A stretch of 43,781 nucleotides of DNA from positions 38,673-82,453 of the forward strand of contig NW_025215360.1 of assembly GCF_004010195.1 (NCBI RefSeq), in the 5' to 3' direction. Every line of letters begins with the position of its first letter. Positions within the stretch are counted from its first letter, which is position 1. The notes below the pieces were generated by a model. It saw nothing but the letters and a program-made list of their open reading frames with translations. It was not told the DNA's origin and did not search any database. A program made the position numbers and the translations under genes. Below are positions 24,796 to 36,676 of the stretch, piece by piece. The stretch comes from Chiloscyllium plagiosum. Its lineage: Eukaryota.

Positions 24796-24977
24796 GCTGA
24801 AAATGTGTTGCTGAAAAAGCGCAGCAGGTCAGGCAGCATCCAGGGAACAGGAGAATCGACGGGCTTATGCCCAAAAGGTCGATTCTCCTGTTCCCTGGAT
24901 GGTGCCTGACCTGCTGTGCTTTTCCAGCAACACATTTTCAGCTCTGATCTCCAGCATCTGCAGACCTCACTTTCTCC
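24796..24977 (+). mobile_element. Foldback Penelope-type short element; 14-bp TSD
   Basis: TTAGAGGGATATGG at 24782-24795 and 24978-24991; inverted arms at 24796-24860 and 24878-24942. Confidence 0.85.
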
Positions 24978-25049
24978 TTAGAGGGATATGGTCCAAGTGC
25001 TGGCAAATGGGACTAGATTAGGTTAGGATATATGGTCGGCATGGACGGG

Positions 25050-25170
25050 GAAGGGCTTATGCCCAAAACGTCGATTCTCCTGTTCCTTCGATGCTGCCTG
25101 ACCTGCTGTGCTTTCCCAGCAACACATTTTTGAGCTCTGATCTCCAGCATCTGCAGTCTTCACTTTCTCC
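25050..25170 (+). mobile_element. Short Penelope-type element truncated inside the hammerhead motif
   Basis: GAAGGGCTTATGCCCAAAACGTCGATTCTCC...CACTTTCTCC interrupts the CR1 tail ATGGACGGG|TTGGACC. Confidence 0.8.
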
Positions 25171-25546
25171 GGGTTGGACCTAAGGGTTTATTTCCATACT
25201 GTACATCTCTGTATCTGTACGACTCTATTTAAAATTATCTTTCACCCAAGCTCAAATTTGAGTGGGCCAAGGCTATGGTAAGCCATCCATAGTTATGTCC
25301 TTGCAATATAAAACTGTAACACCTCTACTATTGATCATTGGTATTTTTTATATATTAGTTGCAACATCCTGGTTCAAAGATGGATAAGTTATAATTATGA
25401 ATGAGCAGCTCACTGGATGCATTAAGCAAGAACCAAAAAATGGCTTGGCCAGGATGCTTCAGTGTAGGGGAGCCTGGCAGCCCTCATCGTTAAATGAATA
25501 ATAAGTAGCCGGTGTGAAGTACAGAGTGACCACTGTCTGACATTAT

Positions 25547-26144
25547 GGGTGGGATTTTCCTTTCTTTGTTCGGTGTTGAACTGGGTGTCTTTAATAGATC
25601 CTTCTGCCCCACCAATGAAAGCATGTTCCGATTTGGCAATTAAGTCTTAAATGGAAACATAACAGGTCCCATAACCGAGAATTCCACCCTGCCTGAAGTG
25701 GCCAACCATTGTGAGTGACAGTCCCTGAGATCTGCAGGAAAGTTGGAGATACAGGGAGCTCAGTGGCAACTCCAGAGTCTTTCAGCAACCATGCTCCTGC
25801 ACCCTATCTTCAATCCTCATCCATGCCTGCAATTCACAGATTGGGACAAACGGAGCCTAGTCCCCCACACCCAGCCAGAAGACCTGTTTTCCAGTTGAGA
25901 AGGCAGCCATTTTCCTCATCTGTCGGCAAGGGTGGGTAATCATGATAGTGGTGGCAGATTTTTTAAGTGGTCATTAATTGACTATTTAAGGCCATACTTA
26001 CCGGCCAGTCAAGGCAGTTGATCATGCACCCAGTATATCAGAATTTAATTGCTGGAGTAGCTGATATCCCTCTGGTGATAATCCACCCAATTATTTGTTC
26101 CTCTACCACCTTCTCCACTATTTCTCAGGAGAAAATCATGTCCC
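25547..26144. mobile_element. Probable old MITE-like non-autonomous DNA element
   Basis: Imperfect inverted ends GGGTGGGATTTTCC ... GAGAAAATCATGTCCC, GC-richer interior with loose internal symmetry; superfamily not certain. Confidence 0.45.
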
Positions 26145-26925
26145 ATATTCGAGAGAAGGAGTTGGTACCATCCAAACATATAGATATTTCATGATGCTTT
26201 TAGGAAATGCATCCTCCACATATTAGTATGACAGCAAATAAGGACAAGGTTGCCTATATAGGTACCAAGAACAATCTAACTAAGTGGTTATCACCACCAC
26301 GAGGCACACTGCTGATAATATATGCACCACTATTAGATAAGATTCCATCCTTTTTTTCCTATCTTAACTCTCAACCAGCCTGTGCAGAGCAGACCAGTAG
26401 TACAATTTCTCTTTCACTGGCCATTTGGGACCCTCTGCAGCAATTGTGCAAGATATGGTCAGCTGAAATAAAATTGGTACCTGCAACTCAAAAGCAATTT
26501 ACATGACTCTGAAATCCACCCGTGGCATAAATTGAGACTAACTGCACAACACTGACAAGCAATAGCAATATTGTAGAACGACTTCACGAAACACAGATCT
26601 AACAGGGAGGGGTTACTGAACTTGACAGTGCGAGGGAACTGAAAATTTATTTACAATTATTAATCTAGTCTGCTCCAGGAATCTTGTAGTTTAACAGTGC
26701 ATGGTACTTAAGCTCCTCCACACTGTCAAAGTACCTCTAATTAGCCCCCCCGATGATCCCAACAACATTGATTTCAATTTGTATTGAAATATCAACAGAG
26801 ATTGACAAACAAGTAAAAATATGTTGAAATAAAACTCTCTGTGACAAATACATCCTCCTTAAAATCAAGTTTTGCACAAACATGAAGTAGTGGTGAAAGA
26901 ACAAAGTAGACAGATTCTAAATTCT

Positions 26926-27049
26926 AAAGGAGAAAGTGGGGACTGCAGATCAGAGTCGAGATTCCTGAAGAAGAGCTTATGCCTGAAATGTCAATTCTCC
27001 TGCTCCTCGGATGTTGCCTGACCTGCTGTGCTTTTCCTGCACCACATTC
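26926..27049 (+). mobile_element. Short Penelope-type element with an internal inversion and decayed hammerhead; 15-bp TSD
   Basis: CAGATTCTAAATTCT at 26911-26925 and 27050-27064. 26929-26960 is in one orientation and 26961-27049 in the other; CTGAAGA...GAAA..TC at 26965-26992. Confidence 0.8.
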
Positions 27050-28177
27050 CAGATTCTAAATTCTCAGTAAGCCTCTCAGACTTAAAATTCTTCACTCAAC
27101 AAAATATGAAAATACTCGCTGCGGGTCACATGCATAGCAAATCAAAAAATGTAAACCTGCGTGACAAGGTCCAAGAAGCAAAGCATATTACCTCAGTTCA
27201 GTACTTATTCAGTAACAGAATTCCTATGACTTGGCACACAAGTGATAGATTACAACAGAAATTTTTGCCTTCTCTTTCACAAGTAAAATCATGCTTCAAG
27301 TTTAGAGTCCCACAGTTTTATTTTGCCTTAAGAGCACTGATTGGCATTAAAGATATTAAATTGAATTAGTTGGTTTTCAGGACAATTTGAAATTTCATTT
27401 TCATAGTTACTGCTGGTAAGTTTTCTTTCACATTTATTTAATAAGCTGAATTTACTATGTTACCTGTTTCTCCACAATGGTTTAGGAACCAGTCATTCTC
27501 TTTGAATTATTAGAATTCCTTCTGCTGTCACAAGGAGTTGAGGTCAAGACATGCAAACAGGCTCAAAAATATGAAGTGTTGATTGTGAACTATGCACACA
27601 TTTTCAACTTTTCCACAATGTTGCATATAGCACACATTTATCTCTTAGGAGATATTCCATTGGACGATATAATTTCATCTGTATAAGCTGCAACCTGTTT
27701 CTTTAGCCATGATATCTGATCTGACAGGATTGCGATGCTTGTTCCTGTATCAGCTAAAACTGATGACATGGCTCTTGACTTACTTATGTTCTATCAAGTT
27801 GGAATTGGACAAATCACTAATCTTTCTTTGGAATGTCACTTGTATTCCTGTTTACCATATTGAGCTCTTTTGAGTGCTCTAAAACTGCACTCTATTTCTG
27901 TATTTCTTCTGGAAGGAACCTGAAGTTTTACAGATATAGCATTCTTTTGTCATAACTGGGCACTATTAATGTTCCTAAGGTTTTTTGTTCCAAAGTGATG
28001 GTGGTTAGTATCTGCTGAATTGTCTGAACTTTGTTTTGGTTTATCACATCTGTCTGCAGAGTGTTTGCAGTAAAAAGCAGATAGGCTCTGTTAGTCCCCT
28101 GTGCCAGTGGTGACTTCCTCCTCTCAGGAGTTGCCTGTGAATCTTCCTATTTATGCTTCCTGCACAATCTGAATAAT

Positions 28178-28499
28178 TTAGATTAGATTATGATTATATT
28201 CCCTACAGTATGGAAACAGCCCAATAAGTCCACACCGACCCTCCGAAGAGTAACCCACCCACACCCATTCCCCATATGTACCCCTGACTAATGCACCTAA
28301 CACTATGGGCAATTTAGCATGGCCAATTCACCTGACCTGCACATCTTTGGATTGTGGGAGGAAACCGGAGCACCCGGAGGAAACCCTCGCAGACACGGGG
28401 AGAATGTGCCAACTCCACACAGACAGTCACCCAAGGTGGGAATTGAACCCGGGTCCCTGGTGCTGTGAGGCAGCAGTGCTAACCACTGAGCCACCTGCC
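28178..28499 (-). mobile_element. HE1-type V-SINE, full length
   Basis: Closely similar to 19527-19854, with tRNA head, V-domain and AATCT tail. Confidence 0.92.
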
Positions 28500-30198
28500 G
28501 CTAAACTTTCTCCAAAATCAAATCTTTTATGAAAAGTGGTAATAAATCTCATCAATAATGCCAGCAATTCTTACTAATTTTGATTTCAAGCCTCCATAGA
28601 CATTGTTCTCCATTTATGCAGAGAAGTCATTAATAAAATTACCTATAGATGCCCCAGATGTGGAACTCCTCTATCATGACTTCCTATTTCAAGAATTTTA
28701 TTTGTTCCCTCATTGAAGTAATTATCAAAAGCTGCTCACATACCTTCAACAGTTTCAGTGCTACCTTTGATATTTTAGCAATTTACATCAGCTGCAGTCA
28801 ATCCTGTTGAAATCAGTTACTTGTTCAGTTTGAGTTTAGTATGTAGTTTTTAAGTAATTCTATATCTTAAGAACTGTTTTCACTAAGATCTCTAATGCTG
28901 TGCTCTGTTTTGATTATCTCTGACATTAAATGCTTCAGGTAACATTTCTTCCTCTTTTGCTTAATGTGGTTATTTATTTTTATTTTATTCAGGTATAAAT
29001 TTGCAGCACCTTAATCTGTTTGTAATTTGATGGGTTTAAGTTTTTAATCTTACAGCATTTTAATGCTGTTTTAATTCCCTTGGTTTGTAGTCCCTTCAAA
29101 TTTTTAAAGTCTATTACAACAATACTGTGGTGTTTTCTTCCAATATGCTCTTAAACTCCGTAGTATGGCAAAACTGTAGTGTTTTACATTTCTGCTTTAA
29201 GTTCTGCTAAATGGTAATATTGTATCTCTGTACTGCTTACTGGGGGTTTCCTGCCAACATGCAATCAAAATGGTGGTTTCACACCTTTGGACAGAAATGC
29301 AAAGTTTTCCTGCCTCCTTCAGCCAGAATGGAGTTTTCCTATTCCTTCATGGGCAAAATGGCCACTTTGCTGCTTTCATTGAATTACTATGTGATTCACA
29401 TCCCTGTACCAGATTTTCAAATAAACTAGTGTCTGTGGCTTTAAGAAACTTTCTCTCAAATCCATGGTAAAAAGTTTGTATCTCCTAAAGTTATCAAAGT
29501 CTTTAAATTCTTCTATCTTCTTCAGATAGACTCTGCCTTGCAAATCTTTGAAATTTTCCTTTTGTCATTATCAACCTGCTCACAATATTCCTGATACTGC
29601 AGTTTTTGTTGTAAATTAACTTAATAGTCTTTGACATTTTTTTTAGGAGCTATAACTCACAAGCATGCTTGCTATGGTAACCATGCTCATTGTTAATGAT
29701 AAGTTCTCCTTTCTTTCCTTCCATCTTTGCTAACCTGCCTTTTTGGCCCATTGCCTGAAGGGATCTTCAACTTTATTCTGCAGCTCCAAAATATTTGCTT
29801 CCAAGTCAAACTTTGAATTGAGACTGATCCTGCAGATCCTTCTCTTCCAAGAACTCTAACTGCCAAGTTCGACTTGTCATTTTACTCCTTTCTTATATGA
29901 AACTGTGTTTCCTGCATCTCTTAGCAGCTCTAAGATAAAGATCTTAGCCAGAAATTCTGCTTCTGTGATACCATTCCTTCTATGAGCTCAACAGACTCAT
30001 TCTCTCTAAGCACCTGTAGCAGCTGATTACTGCTTTAAGAAGTCTCAATGTTTCTTAGTGAAAAAAATCATTTTTTTGAAACTTTTTAATGTTTTTTTGT
30101 CAACATTGTTCCCTTGAAGTAATTAAGCAACAATCTCAACGCTGATCACCATATCTTACATTATTGTCTTTGGGATACAGAAGTCGAACAGAGAAGGC

Positions 30199-30882
30199 TT
30201 AGAGTCATAGAGATGTCCAGCACGGTCCAACCCGTCCATGCCGACCAAAAATCCGAAATTAATCTAGTCCCATTTGCCAACACTTGGCCCATATCCCTCT
30301 AAACCCTTCCTATTTATATACCTATCCAGATGCCTTTTAAATATTGTCACTGTACCAGCCTTGACCACTTCCTCTGGCAGCTCATTCCATATGCGCACCA
30401 CCCACTGCGTGTAAAAGTTGTCCCTTAGGTCCCTTTTAAATCTTCCCCCACCCCCCCACCCTAAATCTATGCCCTCTAGTTCTGGACACTTCCACCCACC
30501 CACCCAGGGAAAAGAGACCCGGGTTCAATTCCCGCCTCAGGCGACTGACTCTGTGGAGTTTGCACGTTCTCCCCGTATCTGCGTGGGTTTCCTCCGGGTG
30601 CTCTGGTTTCCTCCCACAGTCCAAAGATGTGCAGGTCAGGTGAATTGGCCATGCTAAATTGCCCTAGTGTTAGGTAAGGGGTAAATGTAGGGGTATGGGT
30701 GGGTTGCGCTTCGGCGGGTCGGTGTGGACTTGTTGGGCCGAAGGGCCTGTTTCCACACTGTAATGTAATCTGTAAAAAAAATCTATTTACCCTAATCATG
30801 CACCTTATGATTTTATAAGCCTCCATAATGTCACCCCTTGGCCTCCAATGTTTCAGGGAAAACAGCTCCAGCCTATTCAGAA
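30199..30882 (-). mobile_element. CR1 3' fragment, interrupted by a SINE
   Basis: FKRDLRDNFYTQWVVRIWNELPEEVV and LNRLELFSL on the minus strand, on either side of the SINE. Confidence 0.9.
30516..30780 (+). mobile_element. 5'-truncated, CpG-retaining (young) HE1-type V-SINE nested in CR1
   Basis: Starts at GACCCGGGTTCAATTCC (B box only), followed by V-domain and tail. Confidence 0.9.
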
Positions 30883-31069
30883 TACTGCCTTCTACCTCAA
30901 ATATACAGACTCTACCACTGAACCACAAGAACCCTAAATCTTCCTTTCTAGATATTTATAAATCAACCTGTTCAGATGTATTATGACACACCTCTATAGA
31001 AGGTGGAAATTGAACCTTGATCTTCTGGCTGAAAGGCTGGAATATGGAGACCACAGGAGTCCTAATCCT

Positions 31070-31345
31070 AATTGAATACATACAGCATGGAAGCAGACCA
31101 TTAGGCCCTTTGAGTCCACACCAACCCATTGAAGGGCAATTAACCTGACCCACACCTCTCCATTTTATCCCTGCACCTTCCATGGCTAATCCACCTAACC
31201 TGCACTTCATTGGATTGTGTGAGGAAACCAGTGCACCTGGAGGAACCCATGCAGAACTGGGAAAGTGCACAAACTCCACACGATTGTTTAATGGTGGAAT
31301 TGAACCTGGGTCCTCAGCACTGACCACTGAACTACTGTGCCACCC
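31070..31345 (-). mobile_element. Diverged V-SINE
   Basis: GAGGAAACCAGTGCACCTGGAGGAACCC...AAACTCCACAC...AATTGAACCTGGGTCC. Confidence 0.8.
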
Positions 31346-33083
31346 AATATACTATGCATAAAAGAAGATCCTTTAATAACAGTGGTAGAGAATAAACAAC
31401 TAGTGAGTCTTAGCAAGAAGCAGCACTTGTCTGAATCATAAGATGTACTACTTTATGTCCTCATTAGGCACAATCTACATTTGCTGGTTAAATATAATTA
31501 CTGAGTCCATTAGTAGCCAGAGATGACACATATGACCCCATCAGGATCTAGAGTTAGATTCCTTGATTTCTCTATCATAAGTGGGATGGCATCATCAGAA
31601 TGAGTTGAGCCCAGAACAATCTCCAACATTAACTCTTTCAGAACTATTACTTTACACAACAATCTGATGAGGTCAGTTGGCAAATTTATTTTGGCCCTTA
31701 GGCTTTAATCTCTGTTGGAATCACACTTACTTAAAATCACTAAAGAATGTCAGCCCCACTATATTCATACTGAAAAGATTTGACCCTGAAAAGATTTCAA
31801 AACAGGAATCCTAATCAAATCCCAGTTGGATTTTAGATTGTGTGTTATTGTATAATCTAGAGTTTTAAAAAGTTAACAGTTTATAGCAAGGTTTCATTAC
31901 AAGGAATCCTGCTGACTGCTAAACAATTAAAGTATATTTGCACATACTTTTAACAGGAACTCCTCTGCAATAAGGATTTTAAAACAATATCCCCTGAAGC
32001 AGAATTAACAGTCATTTAAATATAGGATGTTACCTGGCTTTGGTGCTGTATGATTCATATTGTGGACTGCTATTTGCAAATAAAACAGCAGGCAGCAGCA
32101 TCTTCCATCATATCTATGTAAATTTCAGTACTAGTCATTACAATGAAGAAAATGTAATAACTTAGTCATTGGCTCTGTAATGCTGGATCACTGGTAACCA
32201 TCCAAACAAAAATAGCATTCAGATATGTAGAAAGTGTCAGATTAGTGCGGTATGAGCAAGCTAGGATAGTGCTGGTCAAGACATCATCTGGTTGCTGCTG
32301 TGCTCAGCCACTTCTATTTAACTGGGTACTACAGTACCCAGTACTACACTGCAGATTTACTGTGCTTTTTCATCTTTTACTACTTTTTATGTGAACAATT
32401 CCATTTTCTCATTTCAATTATTAATATTTTGAAGTATTTACTAAACATTTCTACATAATTCAGATTTGAAAGGCTGATATTCAGTTGCGAGAATCATAAA
32501 ATACTTTTAAATGTTCATTACAGATTATGGATGTTTACATGGCAAATCCCTGAAGCAAAGGGCATCTACAATAGTCTATGCACATTCTTGGAGTATAATG
32601 AAGAGATCGCATAGGAGAAGTTAAGCAGAGAGGCAATCTTGTATATTGTCATAATAGTTTGTTCAATAGAGACACTGGCTGCGATTGTTTTCAGATTTAA
32701 ATTAGTCTATGGAAAGTGGCAGATTTATAGGGCTACAGTTTACAAAGTAGATTGCAACAGTTTACAAAATGGTTGAGAGGGAAGATTACAAAAAAAATAA
32801 AAAAGGCAAATTTAAAAAAATAAAATGTTTGAAGTATTTTTAGAGCAGTTCAGTGTAATGGAAGTTCACAACAAGCTTCCTTCCCTCCCATCAAAGGAGA
32901 ATAACTTGCTACTCTTCTCCTAAGTCCCTGCTACCCTCAACATTGAGATCAAAGAAGTGACGGGGTATCAACTGCGGAGAAGATGAGCGTACTCACAACC
33001 CAACAGTTTGCATGAAGGTTACACAATTCAATAAAAGTAAGGCTCATATACAAACAATAGCACTAGGCAAAGTATTGGACACT

Positions 33084-33220
33084 AGGCAAAAGTGGGGACT
33101 GCAGATGCTGGAGATTAGAGTCAAGAGTGAAGTACTGGAAAAGCACAGGTCAGGCAGCATCCAAAGAGCAGAAAAATCAATGTTTTGGGCAAAAGCCCTT
33201 CATCAGGAAACATCAGGAAG
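33084..33220 (-). mobile_element. Short Penelope-type element with a decayed hammerhead; 12-bp TSD
   Basis: GTATTGGACACT at 33072-33083 and 33221-33232. Minus strand reads CTGATGA-A-GGGC-TTTT-GCCC-AAAA-CATTG. Confidence 0.78.
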
Positions 33221-34379
33221 GTATTGGACACTGATATACATCCCAACAAATCACACCTGTAGCAGGAGCAGGCTAAGGGTGAAGAGTCAGAAGAAAATTG
33301 AGTAAAGAATATTCGCTAGGTGTTAGGGATTAATATGTACAATCACAGATTTAATCAAAAGAAGGTTCCATCATTAAAATCTTACATGAACAGCAATTCA
33401 TCTTCTTTCATACTACTTTCAACAGTAATATTAAAGTACAAATGAAGTGCTGTTAGTTCCCCAAGTGGTGTCAAGTGTCACCTGGAGAGGTTTTCCCCCT
33501 TCAGTATTAATATAACTCAGCACTAAAGTAGCATCATATACTATTGCCCACTTTGTGGCATGAGCATGCTATGTCATATGTTGTTTCACACAATGCAGTT
33601 GTTACAGTTTTTCCAACATTGCAGAAGGCACATAACCAAAATTGCAATTTGATAAACTATGCCAGTTCTTATGCTTCAAATAGAGCACTGTGCAATGTAA
33701 AAAGGGAGGATTACAGAAAGCTGGAGGCTAACATGGGAAATCTGTTTCCCATCTGTAGCAGCTCCACACACTATCAGTGAAGGATAGTAACATTACAGTG
33801 GGATGTATTTTTAAGTTCATGCAAAAGCACATTGTATGCTCTTGGTAGAATAGTTCTACACAAAACAAAAGGCAACTTTGAAGCTTTATGATGAAACAAT
33901 ATTAATTTTAAATGCAGGGAAAAATAAAAATTGTATCAACTTACGATGGACAGACTCGTGTTAGGTGAAGTTATGATGGTCAAAACAAGCAATTGTCCTG
34001 AGATGACATGTGCAGAGGAATTTGATAACCTATGTGCTCTCTGGTTATAGTGACATGACTGAGCTCTTTGGTTTCTAAGCTCCATGAGCTTCTCCTGTTC
34101 TAATTACTTCTTCCCTCCCTGCCCCATAAATAGTCACAATCCCTTCTCCCTCATGCATACATCAAAAGTCCCATTAATACATCAATGCTATCAACTTCAA
34201 TTATTTCATATGGCAGAAATGCCTGCATTCTTAACACTGTGCAAAACTCCTCCCACATTCATTCATTCATTCATTCTTTATTTTTATTCATTCTTGGGAC
34301 TTGAGTATTACTGACAAGGCCAGCACTGATTATACACTTCTAATGGACCCCTGAGAAGGTGAGTGGTTAGTAATTATTC

Positions 34380-35690
34380 TACACTTATGCCACTTGTTCT
34401 GGGCTCTACCAAAAGTTTCTCCATTAAAGATTCCCAATGTTTACCCTGTGGAATCATTTTATAATTTATAACATATGAGACCACACCATAGCTTTCTTCT
34501 ATCCAAATAAAAAATAATTTTGTTCCATTGTTCCTGATAGATATACATGCACTTAATTCTCTGAACATCTTTGAGAACATCTGCAATTTCTCCAAACTCA
34601 TTTTGCTAGCCAAAAGTTAACAAAGTATTTCCAAATGCAACCAACTTTCTATAAAATTCCAGCATTACTCCTTGCTTTTATATTCTATTCCTCTAGAAAT
34701 AAACCCTAATATTATTATTTTGAACTCTTTCCACTTTACCCAGTTGTGCTATTAGTTTTAGCAATATGTTCCCAGGACTCTTTAGTCCTCAACTCCATCT
34801 GATTTCTTATCTTCTCAGGAATAAGTGCATTTTGTATTTCTTCTAGCAAAGAAAACTGTCTTATACCATGCCCCATACAAATTAAGTTGTTCTTTACTCA
34901 CTTACAGTACAGGCCTGCTTATGCCTGCACATTGTGAAAATCTTCCACATTATTTGTCAAATCTGCAATTTGGAGTTGCCTGAAAATTTTAATGCCTTAC
35001 AACCAATTTCTCAGTCCTAATTATTTAAACATAAGATAAGCAACATCATGGATCCTGCAGGTTACAAGTTCCCACTTCAAGCAACATTCCATAACTCCAA
35101 CCCTGTTTTCTAATTTAATCATCTAATTTAGTAGAAGAATACTCATCATTCAAACCTCTCCACCTACTGGTGCTCAATTTCTTCACAGAAATTCAATAAG
35201 GTAGGCTATGTTAACCATTCTTTTGAAGTCCATGTTTATATACATTCTTCATATCTAAATCTTTGTCATCTCATCTTTTAGCAAAGGTTCTATTATATTG
35301 CTAACTCCTAATGTTGAAACATCTAATTTGCAGTATCCTGGATTAGTCCTAATTCCCTTCAAGTTAGGAAATGAATTTGCTGTCCATTGGTTCTCGGGCA
35401 CTTTTCTAATAATTATTCATATATAAGTTCATAGTGATTTGGCTGTCTTCTCCTTTCAAATATTTGTCCATAATCTTATTTTGTTCTTTCAATTTTACCA
35501 TAAACTGTATTCCTGCTATCTTAACCATTTTAACAGCCTTCTTAATGATCCTTACAATACTGAATTCCCCTTTGCTCCTTCGTCAGTGAAAAACTAAGGC
35601 AAAGTACGGATTCATTATCAACCAATGCTCCATGCTGACCAGTTTCAAAGGGCCGCATGTTATGTCATTGCCCTCTCTTTAGCTTAAGTC
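34380..35690 (-). mobile_element. Very old CR1-like LINE remnant
   Basis: Pyrimidine-rich plus strand with decayed reverse CR1 RT landmarks (TGTCAAATCTGCAATTT, TTTTGAAGTCCATGT). Confidence 0.45.
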
Positions 35691-35789
35691 TCCACTAAGT
35701 GTGCAATATTTAAAATATTTTTTAAAATACTTTTACATTTTTCAACATGGTCTTTTCATAGTTCCAATGATACTAACCTTGGGCAATGC

Positions 35790-36676
35790 AATAAGTAGTG
35801 ATGAGAATAATTATAGATTTCAGGAAGACAGACAGCATTGTGCAATATGCAGAAGCATGGCAAACAAACTTAGATGCAGAGATATTTGAAGTGATACATT
35901 TTCGGAGGACTAATATGAAAAGATGTACACCACAAATTGCACCACTTTAAAAAACAGTGAATGAAAATAGAGAATGCTTCAGTGCCTATATATGCAAATC
36001 CTTAAACATGGCATAATAAGTTGATAAGATGATTACAAAGGAATGGGTTACAGTGTTTTAGAAACAGTTGAATAGAAACATAAAAGCAAATAAATCATAC
36101 TAAAACTTTATAAATATCTAGTTATACCACAGCCAGAGTAATGTGGACCAATTTGGTCACTGCATTGCAGGGAAGTTGTAAAAGCCTCTGAGTGGGTACT
36201 GAGGAGGTTTACCAGGATTTGCCCAGGGATGTGAGAGTTTAATTACGAAGAAAGGTTGGAGCAGGCTAGGACTGATCTTCTTGGAACAGAAAGGGTTAAG
36301 AAGTGACACAAGACAGTTTCAAATGCTGAAAAGTTTTGACAGAGTAGATAGAAGAAAACCACTAATTCACTTTGGTGAGTGAGTAAAAAACAAGAGGTCA
36401 TAGATTCAAAGAAATTGGCAAAGTATCCAGAGGGGAGATGAGAGTAATGTTTTGACTCAATTGTTCAGGTCTGTAACAACAGTTCCTGAAAGGTAGTAAA
36501 ACCAATTCCATAAATAATTTTAAAAGGAGTTGGACAAGTGTAAGAAGATGGGACTTTTACAGAGAGTTATGGACAAAAAGCGAGGATGAGAGACCAAACA
36601 GGATTGCTCCACCAAAGGACAAGCACAGGCATGTCAGGAATATCCTTTAATTTCTGTGCTGTAAGTTTCTACAATT
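35790..36676 (+). mobile_element. Old CR1 LINE 3' region
   Basis: GAAGTGATACATTTTCGG, GAGGAGGTTTACCAGGAT and tail TTCTGTGCTGTAAGTTTCTA. Confidence 0.75.

Larger units (their letters stand above)
23795..25227 (+). mobile_element. 5'-truncated CR1 (HER1-like) LINE, from RT domain to 3' tail, carrying two nested short insertions
   Basis: GPLLFVIYINDLE..IVSKFADDTKIGG, FNLDKCEVLHFG and the 3' UTR are present; nested inserts at 24796-24977 and about 25050-25170. Confidence 0.95.

Noticed and set aside
26958..26999. Functional plus-strand hammerhead
   Set aside because: Core letters are present, but stems I and II carry mismatches; the copies at 23519 and 33084 have GAAA changed to AAAA.
19527..31345. 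tRNA genes at the A/B-box motifs
   Set aside because: They are SINE heads fused to V-domain and LINE-like tails, without a complete cloverleaf.
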